Below are positions 37,919 through 51,605 of a DNA stretch of 63,306 nucleotides, piece after piece. The DNA is taken from NCBI RefSeq assembly GCF_001194135.2, contig NC_068997.1, forward strand, positions 50,530,620 to 50,593,925, given 5' to 3'. How positions within the stretch are numbered: position 1 is the stretch's first letter; every line of letters starts with the position of its first letter. The position numbers and the translations under genes are program-made. The notes under the pieces are model-generated. The model saw nothing but the letters and a program-made list of their open reading frames with translations, did not search any database and was not told the origin of the DNA. The DNA comes from Octopus bimaculoides. Its lineage: Eukaryota.

Positions 37919-38138
37919 CTCTTTAGCATTTAAACTGACCATAACCAGCCTAAATATTCTACCTGTTTTATGTTCAAACTGGTGAAATCCAGCCTCTCAC
38001 ACCCACCCTACAATATTGTTCTAAAAATAGACGATTATGTTATTGAAATCTTGAAGCTACAAGATAATGCATGACAAATTCAAAACAATGTGAATGAATA
38101 CGAATTCCATTTGACAGAGTAACCTGAATGCCAAAGGG
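37919..38138. mobile_element. piggyBac-like MITE (TTAA|CTCTTTAGCATT...AATGCCAAAGGG|TTCA)
   Basis: CCC/GGG-type termini with TTAA/TTCA flanks. Confidence 0.7.
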
Positions 38139-39594
38139 TTCATTCACAACACAGACATTTTCTTTTGCTATCACAGCTTTCTATTTTTTTAAATTTTGTT
38201 CCTGTTGTTTTCAAATTTGGCATATTGATGCAGTTTTATATGCTAATTATGGAAATGAAATTCATTTTTGCCACAAATTAATAAATAAAAAGTTAATAGC
38301 TTTTAAAGTTTGCAAATTTCAGGTAATTTTAGCTACATTGGTGCCTGTTTCCATAGTAAGAAGCCAAGTTGTAGTCTGCTTAAAACTACACTATGTATTT
38401 TCTTTATCTGTCTATTTTCTTCGATGAGTGCCTATTTTCTGAACATTTGTACCTCATCACTACATCAATATACCAAATTTGGAATGCGGCGAGCTGGCAA
38501 AAATGTTAGCATGTGGGGCAAAATGCTGACCAGTATTTCGTCTGTCTTTACGTTCTGAGTTCAAATTCCGCCAAGGTCAACTTTGCCTTTCATCCTTTCA
38601 GGGTCGATAAATTAAGTACCAGTTGCGTACTGGGGTTGATCTAATCAACTGACCCCCTCCCCAAAAATTTCAGGCCTTGTGCCTAGAGTAGAAAAGAATA
38701 TATCAAATATATATAAAAGGCACTCCTGTTGGTGCCATGTAAAAGGCACTCTTGCTGGTGCCACATAAAATGCACTTGTGCCAGCGTCGCATAAACACAC
38801 TTATGCCAGTTCTGTGCAAACACACCCATACTGGTAGCACGTAGAAATCACCCAGTACACTCTGTAATGTGGACGGAATTAGGAAGGGCATCCAGCCATA
38901 GAAACCATACCAAAACAGACAACTGTAGTCTGGACAGCTCCCTGGCTAGCCAGCTCCTGTCAAACCCATGCCAGCATGGAAAATGGACATTAAACGATGA
39001 CGAAGATCAGTACAAATCAGCAAACAGTTTGTTTGTTGAAATTATAAACAAAAACCAAATGCTTTTGTTTGATTCATAGGCCCAGAGGTGGTTGACATGC
39101 CAAAACATCACTTGTCCTAGAATCCCTTATGTTAATAAATCAAGAATGTTATGAAGATATATTCGTCAGAAAGGAAAAGCTTGTTTTTCCTGTGACGAAG
39201 CACAACAACAATTAGTACTTTCCTGTTGGAATTTGCCAGAATGTCAACCACAATTATTTTATCAGATTTTAGAGATTAATTTTCCATCCTTCTTTGTGCT
39301 TGATATTCTATTATCAGTTGCTGCTGCTGCTGCCGTGGCTATTGTTGCTAATCTTGTCATTGTTGTTGTTGTTGTTGCCATTTCTATTATTGTTGTTGCT
39401 GTTGTTTAACCTTAAATCTCTCCTAATCCAACAAACCCAAACTCAGGCTATCCTGATTATCCTAGTTCTAGTTGTTGTCTTTGTACCAGACATTGTGTAT
39501 CTAGGACTACATTTATCCAATGTACTGTCCCTTTATTTCCAAGGCAAACGGAATATGATTTCTATCAAAATGGCTGATGGTCGGAATGGAGTTG

Positions 39595-40260
39595 GTACAG
39601 TCTTGGTGGTTGTGGTGGTGGTGGTGGTGAAGGTAGTGGTTGTAGTAGGGTTGGTTGCAGTGGTCTTGGTTGTAGAAGTTTCGATGGTTGTGGTGGCATT
39701 GGTGGCAGCAGTGGTGATAGGTTGGTTGTGGCAATCTTAGAGGTAGGGGTAGTGGTGGTGGTAGTAGTGGTGGTTGTGGTGATGGTTGTGGTGGTGGTGG
39801 TTGTCGTGGTCTTGACAGTAGCGTAGGTGGCAGTGGTAGTAACAGTAATAACGGTGTTGGTAGTGGTGGTGGTGGTGGTGATGATGGTTGTTGTGGTGGT
39901 GATGATGGTTGTTGTGGTCATGGTGGTGGTGGTGGTGGTGGTGATGGTGGTNNNNNNNNNNNNNGTGGTGGTGGTGGTGGTGATGATGGTTGTTGTGGTC
40001 ATGGTGGTGGTGGTGGTGGTGGTAGCGAGGAGATAAAAAGGGGAAGTCATTTCCAGAGAGAATATTTACTTGTGTGACAAGACCCTTAAAGAGATTCAAA
40101 ATAAATATGAGATAACATTTGTTAAACTGTAGTTCTATATCTGGCAACACACCACCACCACCATCACCACTGCTACCACCAGCACCAGCACCATCTCAAC
40201 CACCACCACCACCACCACTACCACTGCCATCACCACCACTACCACTAAAACTGACCTTTG
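39595..40260. repeat. (GGT/GAT)n and (CAC)n low-complexity tracts with a 13-N gap
   Basis: Directly visible. Confidence 0.9.
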
Positions 40261-40960
40261 GTGAAAAATTGATTCTATTTTGGTTAGACAAATGGCTAAC
40301 TTTGATAAAGGAAGGACAAAGTGTGTGTGGTGATGGTGGAGATGGTGGGGGGGGGGGAACAGGGGCTTGACCAATAAAATCAAACACAATCTATTATTAT
40401 TGTTACTTTGCTTTCAAATGGAGGATGGAGAACAAAATCAATATTTGGGTGTAATGTGAACTTGCTATCTTAAGGGACGAAACTAAAACACTGACAGAAT
40501 AAACTAGATAAAGTACAGAAATGTACCACAGAGTACTGCTAGCTGTACTTTGTTGTACTTTGTACATTGTTAGATAATTCTTTTATTCTTTTACTCTCTT
40601 ATTTGTTTCAGTCATTTGACTGTGGCCATGCTGGAGCACCACCTTTAGTCGAACAAATCAACCACGGGACTTATTGTTTGTAAGCCTAGTACTTATTTTA
40701 TCGGCCTCTTTTGCTGAACCACTAGCGGTTGGCAAGTGATGGTGAGGGACGGGTACAAACACACACACATATATATACGATGGGCTTCTTTCAGTTTCCA
40801 TCTACCAAATCCACTCACAAGGCTTTGGTCGGGCCGAGGCTATAGTAGAAGACACTTGCTCAAGGTGCCATGCAGTGGGACTGAACCCAGGACCATGTAC
40901 TTGGTAAGCAAGCTACTTACCACACAGCCACTCCTGCACCTATAAGCACCTATAATATGT

Positions 40961-41210
40961 GGATTAACACATATTTTAAGCAATTATTATTTCTTATATT
41001 TAATTGTTTATGTTATGATTTTATTTACTCCATGTACCCACATAGGGATTAACACATACTTTAAGAAACTATTATTTCTTATATTCAATTGTTTACATTA
41101 TGATTTTATTTACTCCATGTACCCACATGGGGATTAACACATACTTTAAGAAACTATTATTTCTTATATTCAATTGTTTACATTACGATTTTATTTACTC
41201 CATGTACTCA
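40961..41210. repeat. Tandem repeat, 85-bp unit, about 3 copies
   Basis: GGATTAACACATA recurs at 40961, 41046 and 41131. Confidence 0.9.
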
Positions 41211-42134
41211 GACCTTGTGGACACCCTGTATAATAATTAATTAAAAAATTACACATTGTTTCTTTTATGGCCTTCATAAAATGCTATCCAGTGTTGTCAG
41301 TTCAATGGTATCCAATAATAGATGTTATTAGTCTTTATAATACTTAATAATAAAAAACAATTATTTAATTACTTGCTTTATTTTCCTCATTAATGATTGG
41401 TTAATATTAGTAAAATTTTTTTTTCTGGTTATAAATTGGAATTGGACAGGTGCAGGAATGGCTGTGTGGTTAAGAAGTTGTGAGTGCAACATGCTAACCA
41501 CTAGGCCTCATACAGATATGATGGACTTCAACACAGTTTCTGTGCACCAGATTCACTTATAAGGTATTGGTCAGGGGCTATAGTAGAAGATACTTGCCCA
41601 AGATGCCATACACTGAGATTGAACCCAACCCAAAACCCCATGGTTGCAAAGCAAGATTCTTCAACCACACAGCTATGCTTGTGCTTATTTAATTAAAAAA
41701 AAAAAACCGGAAATAGCTGAAACAATGTACTTGAATAGAAATTGTTATCTGTGTGTGAAATAGATAAACAATCAATAATAGATATGGATTTATCTGAGTG
41801 AAGAGCTGTACAAAGGTTAAAACACAAAACACACAAGTGCACAACACTTGTTAAACTGTACAAAGGTTATCAACAGAATAAAAATATTTCTGTATTGTAA
41901 ATATTGATATTTTTAGAGTGAAGCCAGGCCATGCTTTTGTTGAGGAGGAAGGAGTAAATATAAATGATTGAATGGTCCTCAATAGACAACTGGTACCAGT
42001 CTGATTTTGTTGATTGGTGAATGAAGAATAGAAAAAGAAATGTTGGTATTTGTGGAATTTGGATTTAGAGAAGGAAAAAAACTTACAAATATTGAAGGAT
42101 GGATATTAAGAAGTGAGGCAGGTGTAATAGTAAA

Positions 42135-42515
42135 AATTTACCAAATGTTTGATTAATAAGCCACAGGTTATGTCAAGGTGTTGAGTTCTAAAATGAATGA
42201 AATAGTGTTATACATGGTTACCAATGACTAGAAATCTTGAGAACTTCATTCTAAGTAAACAAAAACAATTTAAATATGTGAATTGAATTTTATGCAAGTT
42301 TTTCCTTATAATTCCTTAAAATTCATCAGATGTTTAATTAATAAATCACAGGTTATATCATGCTCGTGATTTCTAAAAAGAGTGAAATAGGTTAGAAATG
42401 ATTGGCTATAACTAGAAATTTCAAGAACATCATAATAAGTAAACAAATAAACAATAAATGAACAAATAAATTACTACATGAATTCCATGCATCTTTTTCC
42501 TTTTAATTCCTTAAT
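42135..42515. repeat. Old tandem duplication, about 185-bp unit, 2 copies
   Basis: Shared TTAATAA..CACAGGTTAT, TGAAATAG, CTAGAAAT, AAGTAAACAAA and TTTTTCCTT.TAATTCCTTAA blocks. Confidence 0.6.
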
Positions 42516-43159
42516 TTCTGTTTAAATAATATATAAATATATGCATATATCCATACATATATGTACATACCTACATCTATATGTATACATACATGCATAC
42601 ACGGGTACAGAACATCAAGAAAACATTAAACACAATGAGAAACGAAAACATAAAAACAAAAACAGAAAGCAAACTTTTTTCGAACAACGAAAAAGACAAA
42701 CAGAGAAACGAGACATGCAACAGAAAGAGTATATCCCTTCGTCAGTTGTCCCTGTTCCATCTACTCCACATTTTATATATAAATATATATATATATATGA
42801 GCCTTTCAGTTTCCGCCTACCACATCTACTCACTAGGCTTTGGTCAGTCTGAGGTTACAATAGAAGACACTCGCCCAAGGTGCCGTGCAGTGGGAATGAA
42901 CCCAGAACCATGTGGCTGGGAACCATGTGTCTGTTTGAAAAGGATTTTAAAATGAAAAATCCAGTGACAAAGTGGTTTTATAAACAGTGATGACATTATT
43001 TATATAAAGTGAGGATGGTGCGCAGTTTTAGTGCTAGATGTCACTACAGGTTATTTATGGCAATCCTTTCCCGGTGACCTTTTCTTAAGAATAATTCAAA
43101 TAATTTGAAATGTCAGAGAAAGTATAAATATTTATCGACCAGATCACCATGTTGTTGTT

Positions 43160-43238
43160 AGCTACAATCTACTACTACTACTACTGCTACTGCTGCTGCT
43201 GCTATTACTACTAATAGTAGTGATGCTGCTGCTGCTGA

Positions 43239-43312
<74 letters not shown>
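43160..43312. repeat. (CTA/CTG)n microsatellite
   Basis: Directly visible. Confidence 0.95.
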
Positions 43313-43639
43313 ACAAGAAACATGAATCAGAAGTGGATGATGGAAAGAGGTAGATTATTAGCATTCATTCTTGCTATATGTACTTTGGAAAATTCTCAGA
43401 TATACATACATACACACAAATACACAGAGCCATATATATATATACATACATGGAAAAATACACATATACACATAACAAAACACACCGGAGTGTTATACAT
43501 TAAACAACATTAACTACGGAATAAAATTGAAATCAATTGTGTTCTGTAGTTCAGGTTGTTTAAGGTGTAACACACTCCCTTTCTCATGTTAAAGACATTG
43601 ATTATGTATCTGGTTTTGTTTCTATTGTTATTGTTGTGC

Positions 43640-43795
43640 AAGCATCAGTTAAAACATTCATAGGCTGAGCAAGACATTCTCGTGGAATGTGACCAAATGA
43701 GGTTTATTTTTCAACACAGTCCCCCTTTGCCATCCACACACTTCTTCCATCGGTGTTACTATACTTGGATCCCATTGGTGAAGAAGCTATCAACC
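43640..43795 (-). mobile_element. Mariner 3' end (transposase C-terminus plus subterminal sequence)
   Basis: Minus translation DSFFTNGIQV**HRWKKCVDGKG resembles the mariner terminus (F...GI..L..RW.KCV...GDYVEK). Confidence 0.7.
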
Positions 43796-43829
43796 TGTTA
43801 GTCAATATATATATATATATATACATATA

Positions 43830-44225
43830 TACTCTTTTAATTGTTTCAGTCATTTGACTGCGGCCATGCTGGAGCGCCGCCTTTAGTCAAACAAATCGAC
43901 CTCAGGACTTATTCTTTGTAAGCCTAGTACTTATTCTATCGATCTCTTTTGCCGAACCACTAAGTTACGGGGAGATAAACACACCAGCATCAGTTGTCAA
44001 GCAATGCTAGGAGGACAAACACAGACACACACACACACACACACATATATATACATATATATGACGGGCTTCTTTCAGTTTCTGTCTACCAAATCCACTC
44101 ACAAGGCTTTGGTCGGCCCGAGGCTATAGTAGAAGACACTTGCCCAAGGTGCCACGCAGTGGGACTGAACCCGGAACCATGTGGTTGGTAAGCAAGCTAC
44201 TTACCACACAGCCACTCCTGCGCCT
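43830..44225 (-). mobile_element. Full-length family B SINE
   Basis: Complete from head (GGCGCAGGAGTGGCTGTGTGG) to tail (GCAGTCAAATGACTGAAACAA..AAAAGAG). Confidence 0.9.
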
Positions 44226-45739
44226 ATATATATATATAAAAAGGGGCACTAAAATCTTTTAAGTGCTCAGGGCCTCGATGGGACTTAATCCGGCCCTGTG
44301 TAGGACCGGTGTAGTGCTGCACAACCTATTTCGAAGGAAATGTTAAAACTTAGGTAAATAAGTAATTTTTTATTAAGCATAACTGGCCCTGGAACTTTTT
44401 GATGCCACCTCGCATAATATGGTGGAGGAAGGAACATTTGTATACGTGTACCATTCTACTGTATATGTGAGAGAGGGAATACTTATATTTTTATTTTTAC
44501 CTTCCTATCTTCTGCCTTGGAAACGTAGTTTCATAATTAAAACAACAAAAGAAGAAGCATGAAAATTCAGTTGTTTATGATTTTTGTTGATTGATAATGC
44601 TTTATTCGTTTATCTTTACTTACAATTAGAGCTGCTTGTTTTTACTTGTCTACACTATATTCCATACAAAGTCTGAAAGATCACCAATTTTCTTAATGTT
44701 ATTGTTAACACCCCTACACATTTGCACACAGGCACATATACACATACACAAGTGCATGCACACACACACACAGATGCATGCATGCACACACATACAGACG
44801 CTTACACACATACATACATGCATACGTACATACGTAGGTGAACACACGTGCACATGCACACTTATACACACGTACAGATGGTCACATACATACATACATG
44901 CATACAGACGTACACAGTCACACACACAGACACAATACACACGTATTTGTGTGTGTGTGTGTGTGTGTGCGTGCATTCACACATTCACTCACTCACAAAA
45001 GCAACCGAATAATGACATACATACATACATACATACATACAAACAAACATACATACATACATATATACATACATACGTACATACATACACACACACATAC
45101 ACACACACAGATCATTCATACACTCAAACTACAGGCATAAAAGCCAACAACACTTTGGCACTTTGGATATTTTTTCCCCACCAATTTATTCTGCTAAATT
45201 GCAAATTCTTTTAATGAAAGGCACAAATGCCAGCCAATCAAATTCATTACCACCTTGTTACTACATTACTTTTCACTAATTTATCAACTACTGAACTGAT
45301 CGTTAGGTGATAATGACTGATTGATTAGTAAAAATAAACAAATCTACAGCAAACAAAATAAAAAAGACAAAAAGGTATGAAAATCATGAATTAAGTTATA
45401 TACAATGTGAAACATATTGGCCTAAAGTGTGTTTTACACGTTTCCTGGATGGCCTATTGCTTACAGTGGCTCCTTATGAAATTAATCGAATCAGGTTATT
45501 AATAGCGGAGTAATTAGTGACACACTTAAAATGGCAAATACACAACTGAATTAATTCATTTAAGTCTGTATTGCTGTATTGACCAGAGGTAAACATTGGT
45601 GAATGATGTTGAACTAAACCAAAAGCAAACATGAAGGAGACAACTGGGAATGTTGTGTCAAAGCCAATTAAATTTGTCTCTATAGTTATATATCTGTCTG
45701 CCTGACAGCCTCTTTGTTATATAATATATATATATTATA

Positions 45740-45784
<45 letters not shown>

Positions 45785-46325
45785 TATATAATATATATGT
45801 ATATATANNNNNNNNNNNNNNNNNNNNNNNNNNNNNNNNNNNNNNNNNNNNNNNNNNNNNNNNNNNNNNNNNNNNNNNNNNNNNNNNNNNNNNNNNNNNN
45901 NNNNNNNNNNNNNNNNNNNNNNNNNNNNNNNNNNNNNNNNNNNNNNNNNNNNNNNNNNNNNNNNNNNNNNNNNNNNNNNNNNNNNNNNNNNNNNNNNNNN
46001 NNNNNNNNNNNNNNNNNNNNNNNNNNNNNNNNNNNNNNNNNNNNNNNNNNNNNNNNNNNNNNNNNNNNNNNNNNNNNNNNNNNNNNNNNNNNNNNNNNNN
46101 NNNNNNNNNNNNNNNNNNNNNNNNNNNNNNNNNNNNTATATATACAGTCATATACATACACACACTACATATACGTGAGTTAAACCTGTTGAAATCATGT
46201 TATTACTGTTTAGTTAACTGCCACAAAACAAACTTTACTTCAGCGAGACAACATTCAGTATAATTCCAGATTTCAGTCACACATCTCATGTTTGCTTAAC
46301 TCGCCCTTCTCTTCCTTTCTCTGTT

Positions 46326-46382
<57 letters not shown>

Positions 46383-46984
46383 AGAATACATGTTCAATAG
46401 AAATTGTTGTCTTTCTATTATTGTTGCTTATTCCGCAGATCATCCCTTGGTTGCACAGACCTATGACCAAACATATTCTATCCATGACCATCCCCTCTTA
46501 ACAGACAGTTAATTGATATAATTCCCTATGACCTTTTTTGTTAATAAAAATACAGACAATATGATCTGAATCGAGACTTGACTCCTATTTCTAGCATGCC
46601 AAGTGACAATATAGATTAGTGCTTCCCAACCATTTTTTACTTATGGACCCCCCCTTGATTAATATTCTATTCTGGTGAACCCCTATAGCCAGTCAATGTT
46701 TAAAAGCTAGTTTTTATAGAGACTTCTTTCAAAATTCCTATTTTGTTTTTTTACACGCTCACTCGTATAGGTTTGCAATATTGAAAACCTTGAAGCTATA
46801 GGGTGTTATTCAGGCACTCAACTATATGTCCACTGCATCCAGTAGCAGAAACAGCTGTAAGCTAATGAAGTTCATAAAGTAACTGTTTATTCCTTTGTCA
46901 TCTCATTTTCTTATTAGTGCTCTGTCCTGTATATTGAGTTCAACACCAGGTTATTAGTCACGCAATACCTAAGCAAAATATTAA

Positions 46985-47032
<48 letters not shown>

Positions 47033-47035
<3 letters not shown>

Positions 47036-47885
47036 GAGGTGGTTTCAAAAAGTTCCTGGACTAGTTCTGTTGTGCACCAACAGATGTCAGCACAGGGTTG
47101 TGTGTGCAGTGAGAGCTAGTAGAGACCTTCATGAGACAGTGTGCCAAATGACATCGCGGTGTTTACTTTGCAAGTTGTGAAATTTGTGATCACGTGTATG
47201 CTGTAGTCTGCGATTTTGTCAGAGACAGGAAGTTGGAACAAAGAGCCAATGTGAAATTTTGCATCAGATTTGGGAAATCTGCTACAGAGACATCAAGCAT
47301 GCTTTGGCAAGCTTACGGTGACAAGGCAATGGGTCGTACACAATGTTTCCAGTGGCACAGACGTTTCGAAAGCAGAAGAATGTTGCTGGAAGATGAGTGA
47401 TCTGGAAGACCTGCCACAAGCATCACCCCCATAAATATGGAGAAAACTCATCAGCTTTTTCATGAGGATCACTGGAGGACAAACAACAACATTGCTGATG
47501 TGGTTGGTCTGTTGTATGGATCCATGCAGGCAATCGTAACGTCTGAATTGAACACGTGGCATATCTCTGCCAAGTTTGTCTCTCGCCTGCAGACCACTGA
47601 GCTGAAAGAATATCCAGCTGGTGTCTATCAAGATCTTCGTCAATGTGCTGCTGACAACCCATCCTTCACATCAAGGATCATCACCAGTGACAAGAATTGG
47701 GTCTACAGGTATGACCCTGAGATGAAACAGCAGCCAAAGAGCCCTTCATCTCCACAACAGAAGAAGGCATGACAGAGCAGCAGCTCAATCAAGAGCATGC
47801 TCATAGTTTTTTTTTGTTTTTTTTATGACATCTGCAGTATTGTGCATCTGCAGTATTGTGCATCGAGAATTCTCCAGAACCAGAC
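47033..47885 (+). mobile_element. Mariner-family transposon, 5' TIR and degenerate transposase, 3'-truncated
   Basis: TA|CGAGGTGGTTTCAAAAAGTTCC TIR. Translation LEQRANVKFC..GKSATET...QAYGD.AMGRTQCFQWHRRF..SGRP and IITSDKNWVYRYDPEMKQQ (IITGDE.W.Y.YDPE.K.Q motif); stops present. Confidence 0.92.
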
Positions 47886-48847
47886 TGTCAATTTTCTCTC
47901 CAGTCCTTTGGTTTCTGAGTTCATTCATCCTTTCGTGCTTGATAAAACAAAGCACCAGTCAAGTACAAGGGTTGATGGTATTCGATAATACTCTCCCCTC
48001 GAAACTGCTGGCTTTGTACCAGAATTAAAAACTATTTTAGAATAACAGTTATCAATGCAAACTTGTTAAAAGTTAAAAGAAAAACAATTTTTTTTCTTCT
48101 TATTTCTTCATGTCTCTAAATCAGTGAATTTAATGTAACGTAATGTTTGTTTAATATCAAACTAGGCTACACTTCATAAAAGTCTGTAAGTAGATGTATG
48201 TTTATCGTACTTAACCTCCCAACACAACCAGTTTTGAACAAGATGACATAACTGCGCATTTCTAAAAGATAATAATCATGTCTATTTTTGTTGAAGTTTT
48301 AAGTAATGAAAATTAGCGATAATCTTTCTTGTTCCTGTTCCTTTTAACACACCCATCTCTTTTACATTCGTTTTTCCTGTCTTTTAGTGAACAATTTACA
48401 GATAATATTTCTTAGTCGTTTATTTCAACAAATAGACATTTTAAATGTCTGTCATCTTAGAAATCGCACCAGAACTAAATTTATGACATCTGAGTCAATT
48501 CTGACATAATTTACGCAGGATAATTGCACATTTAGTTTCAGTAGTTTAGAGGAAATAAGTTGTCAGAGATTTATTTTTTCTTTCGTTTTGTGTGAACACG
48601 TTTGAGTAAAATGAAGGTCTCATCTCGTTACTAAATTATATGTTATGCTTGGTGAAAATAAAAATTAATATTCATTCATTCATACATACATACATACATA
48701 CATACATACATAAACACACACACACACATATATATACACACATAGTCGTCTGAGTATCTATATTAAAGCATATGTGCTTGTATATTTATCAACAGAGTGG
48801 GTATATTAATCAGAATATACAGTATTATAGATCCATTACGGCCGATC

Positions 48848-49043
48848 TTATCAATCAAACAGTTTTGCACTGGGTATAAAAACCATATGTTAGATAACAG
48901 CATGGATAAGTAATATTGCATGCTCTTCAGAGATGGCAGAAATATTGCAGGATTCCTGCTATCTCTGAAGACTGCACAATATTATTTAAATGTGCTGTTA
49001 TCTAACATTTGGTTTTAACTCCCAGAACAAAACCAATTGATAA
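48848..49043. repeat. 196-bp imperfect palindrome (about 95-bp arms)
   Basis: AAAACCATATGTTAGATAACAGCA...TCTTCAGAGATGGCAG pairs with CTGCTATCTCTGAAGA...TGCTGTTATCTAACATTTGGTTTT. Confidence 0.85.
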
Positions 49044-50055
49044 CAACACAATTAAGTAATACTTAGCAGTTTGGCAAAAGAGACTGATAGAATAAGTACC
49101 AGGCTTAAAAAATAAAAAGTAATGGAGTCAGTTTGTTCGATTAAAATTCTTCAAGGCAGTGCCCCAGCATGGCCTCAGTCTAATGACTGAAACAAATAAA
49201 AGAATAAGAGAATAAGAGAATATAAAAGAATAAGAGAATAAGAGAATATAAAAGAATAAGAGAATGGGTCGGTGCACATGACCTTTGCAGGTCTTCCAAG
49301 ATTAGCGAAACTGTTGCTGTTCATCTTCCATTTCAACTCTTGCAGACCAACACCAGCAGTAAAAACATAAGAGATGCAGATTCCAGAGGAATAATATTCT
49401 GGGGAAGAAGGATTGGATGCGTGGGTATTTTCTTTAGTTGCTAAGTCTGAAGGAAGGAAGGAAGGAAGGAAGGAGCAGTGCCCATACATTTCAGAGAATC
49501 TTTGAGACAATGGTCAGATTGTGGACGGGAGGGTACAACAGGGATGATGAGAGATGGTGAGATAAGTGAGTGTTACTTATATACAATTTCTGTTCAGTGA
49601 CAATGATGACATAATACTTGTCATTGATGTTTTGGTCATCAATGTTTCTTTTTTTCCTTTTTTTAGATCCTGTCGAATTAAAACAGGTTACATCTAATTA
49701 CGGAATTAGTTAAGTTCAAAGGTCATAGAATTACCAAATGTAATTAGTGTCAGAATTAGTAAAAAGGTCACCTATCATTAAGTCCAGTGGCTTACTTCAA
49801 AATGGCACACAACCATCTCTTCTCAAGGTATGTACTATTGTTGTATGACGTAAAAAACATTCAACCAATCAGTTTTCATTTATCTCGTATGTATTAGGTG
49901 CAGGTTTGGCTGTGTCATTAAGAAGCTCACTTTGCTACCATGTGGTTTTGGGTTCGGTTCCACTGCATGGCACCTTGGGCAATCGTCTTCTGTTATAGCT
50001 CCAGACTGACCAATGTCTTGCAAGAAACTGAGGAGGCCTGTTATGTATATAGATG

Positions 50056-50109
<54 letters not shown>

Positions 50110-51059
50110 TGTGTGTGTCTGTGTGTCATACCTACCCCCACTACTGCTTGATGCTCAGTGTTGGTTTGTTTATGTTCCTTGCAACCTAGGAGTTTAGCAA
50201 AAGAGACCAATAGAATATGTACAGGCTTAAAAAAAAACATAAATACTGCAGTCAATTTCTTCAAATAAAACCCTTCTGCCCTTGCTGAGTTCAGCCAGGG
50301 ATGGTGGAGTGGGGTTGGAGAGAGACCTTTGGGTTCCATTCATATAACCAGTGCATGTCTGAGAGGTACTGCTCTCCCATTGATCCAGTAAAATGGTAAA
50401 AAAAGGGGTTTTTTTTAATATTCTTCCTGAGTCAAGGATTCATAAAGCTGGTTTCCTGGTTTCCATGGGGTATAAGTAACCAAGATTACCACATTCCCCT
50501 GAATGGCATGCTTGTCCATTGTAGGGGTCAAGGCCAGCGAGGGAACCAGCCAGTTACATCAACTCAACTTCAGTACTTAACTGGTTCTGCATTTTATCAA
50601 TCTTAGAGGGATGAAAGATAAAGCAGGCCATGGTAGGATTTGAACTCAGAACATACAGAGCTGGAAGAAGTGCTGCTAAACATTTTGTTTGATGGGCTAA
50701 CGATTCTGCCAGATTGCCAGACTGTCTGAGAGTGAACAATTAAAATTTTGCCTGGCGGCATGGAGGTCATTACTCATTGCTGTGAAAATTAGAATACAGA
50801 ATATGCATGCAATTAGGAGCAGGCATTCAATAATGCTTCTTTGTGGCATGATGCTGTTCCTAAAATAATATGCAATCGTCTATCAGAAGACCTTTGTCTG
50901 GGATAAATATGCTAAAAATACATTTATGTATTCCAATGTAAGGAATATCGGTGGTAAATTTCCATTGAAACCTCTGCCAAATCCAAATACAATAGACTAA
51001 CTGCTTGCTGTAGGTATGTTCAATCAGAAATGACTTAGGGTTGTACAGCCACAACACCG

Positions 51060-51605
51060 ACGGTAGCAACAACAAGAACAGCAACAGCAACAAGACCACC
51101 ACCACCACAACTACTACTACTACCACCACCACCACCACCAACAGCAACAGCAACAACAACAACAGCAACAAGAACACCACCACCACCACCACCACCACAA
51201 CTACCATCACCACCACAACCACTACTACCACCACCAACAACAAAAACAACAGCAACAAGAACACCACCACCACCACCACGACAACTACCATCACCACCAC
51301 AACCACTACTACCACCACCACNNNNNNNNNNNNNNNNNNNNNNNNNNNNNNNNNNNNNNNNNNNNNNNNNNNNNNNNNNNNNNNNNNNNNNNNNNNNNNN
51401 NNNNNNNNNNNNNNNNNNNNNNNNNNNNNNNNNNNNNCACAACTACCATCACCACCACAACCACTACTACCACCACCAACAACAAAAACAACAGCAACAA
51501 GAACACCACCACCACCACCACGACAACTACCATCACCACCACAACCACTACTACCACCACCACCACCAACAACAACAACAGCAGCAGCAGCAACAACCAC
51601 AACAA
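51060..51605. repeat. Compound (ACC/AAC/ACT)n repeat with higher-order units, interrupted by an N gap
   Basis: Directly visible. Confidence 0.9.

Noticed and set aside
39294-40389. Poly-His/Thr/Val/Pro ORFs (also 12026-12495, 37139-37378, 50860-51694, 61408-61773)
   Set aside because: They are trinucleotide low-complexity tracts open in several frames on both strands, with no splice or homology support.
45500-49450. Exon-like segments with good acceptors (45500-45690 minus, about 48389 plus, 49270-49445 on either strand; also about 10519-10635 and 37290-37345)
   Set aside because: No recognisable homology and no consistent phase chain; such signals arise by chance in AT-rich DNA.
51180-51560. 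Identical sequence on both sides of N gaps (also 39880-40020)
   Set aside because: Probably an unmerged contig overlap in low-complexity DNA (assembly artefact).
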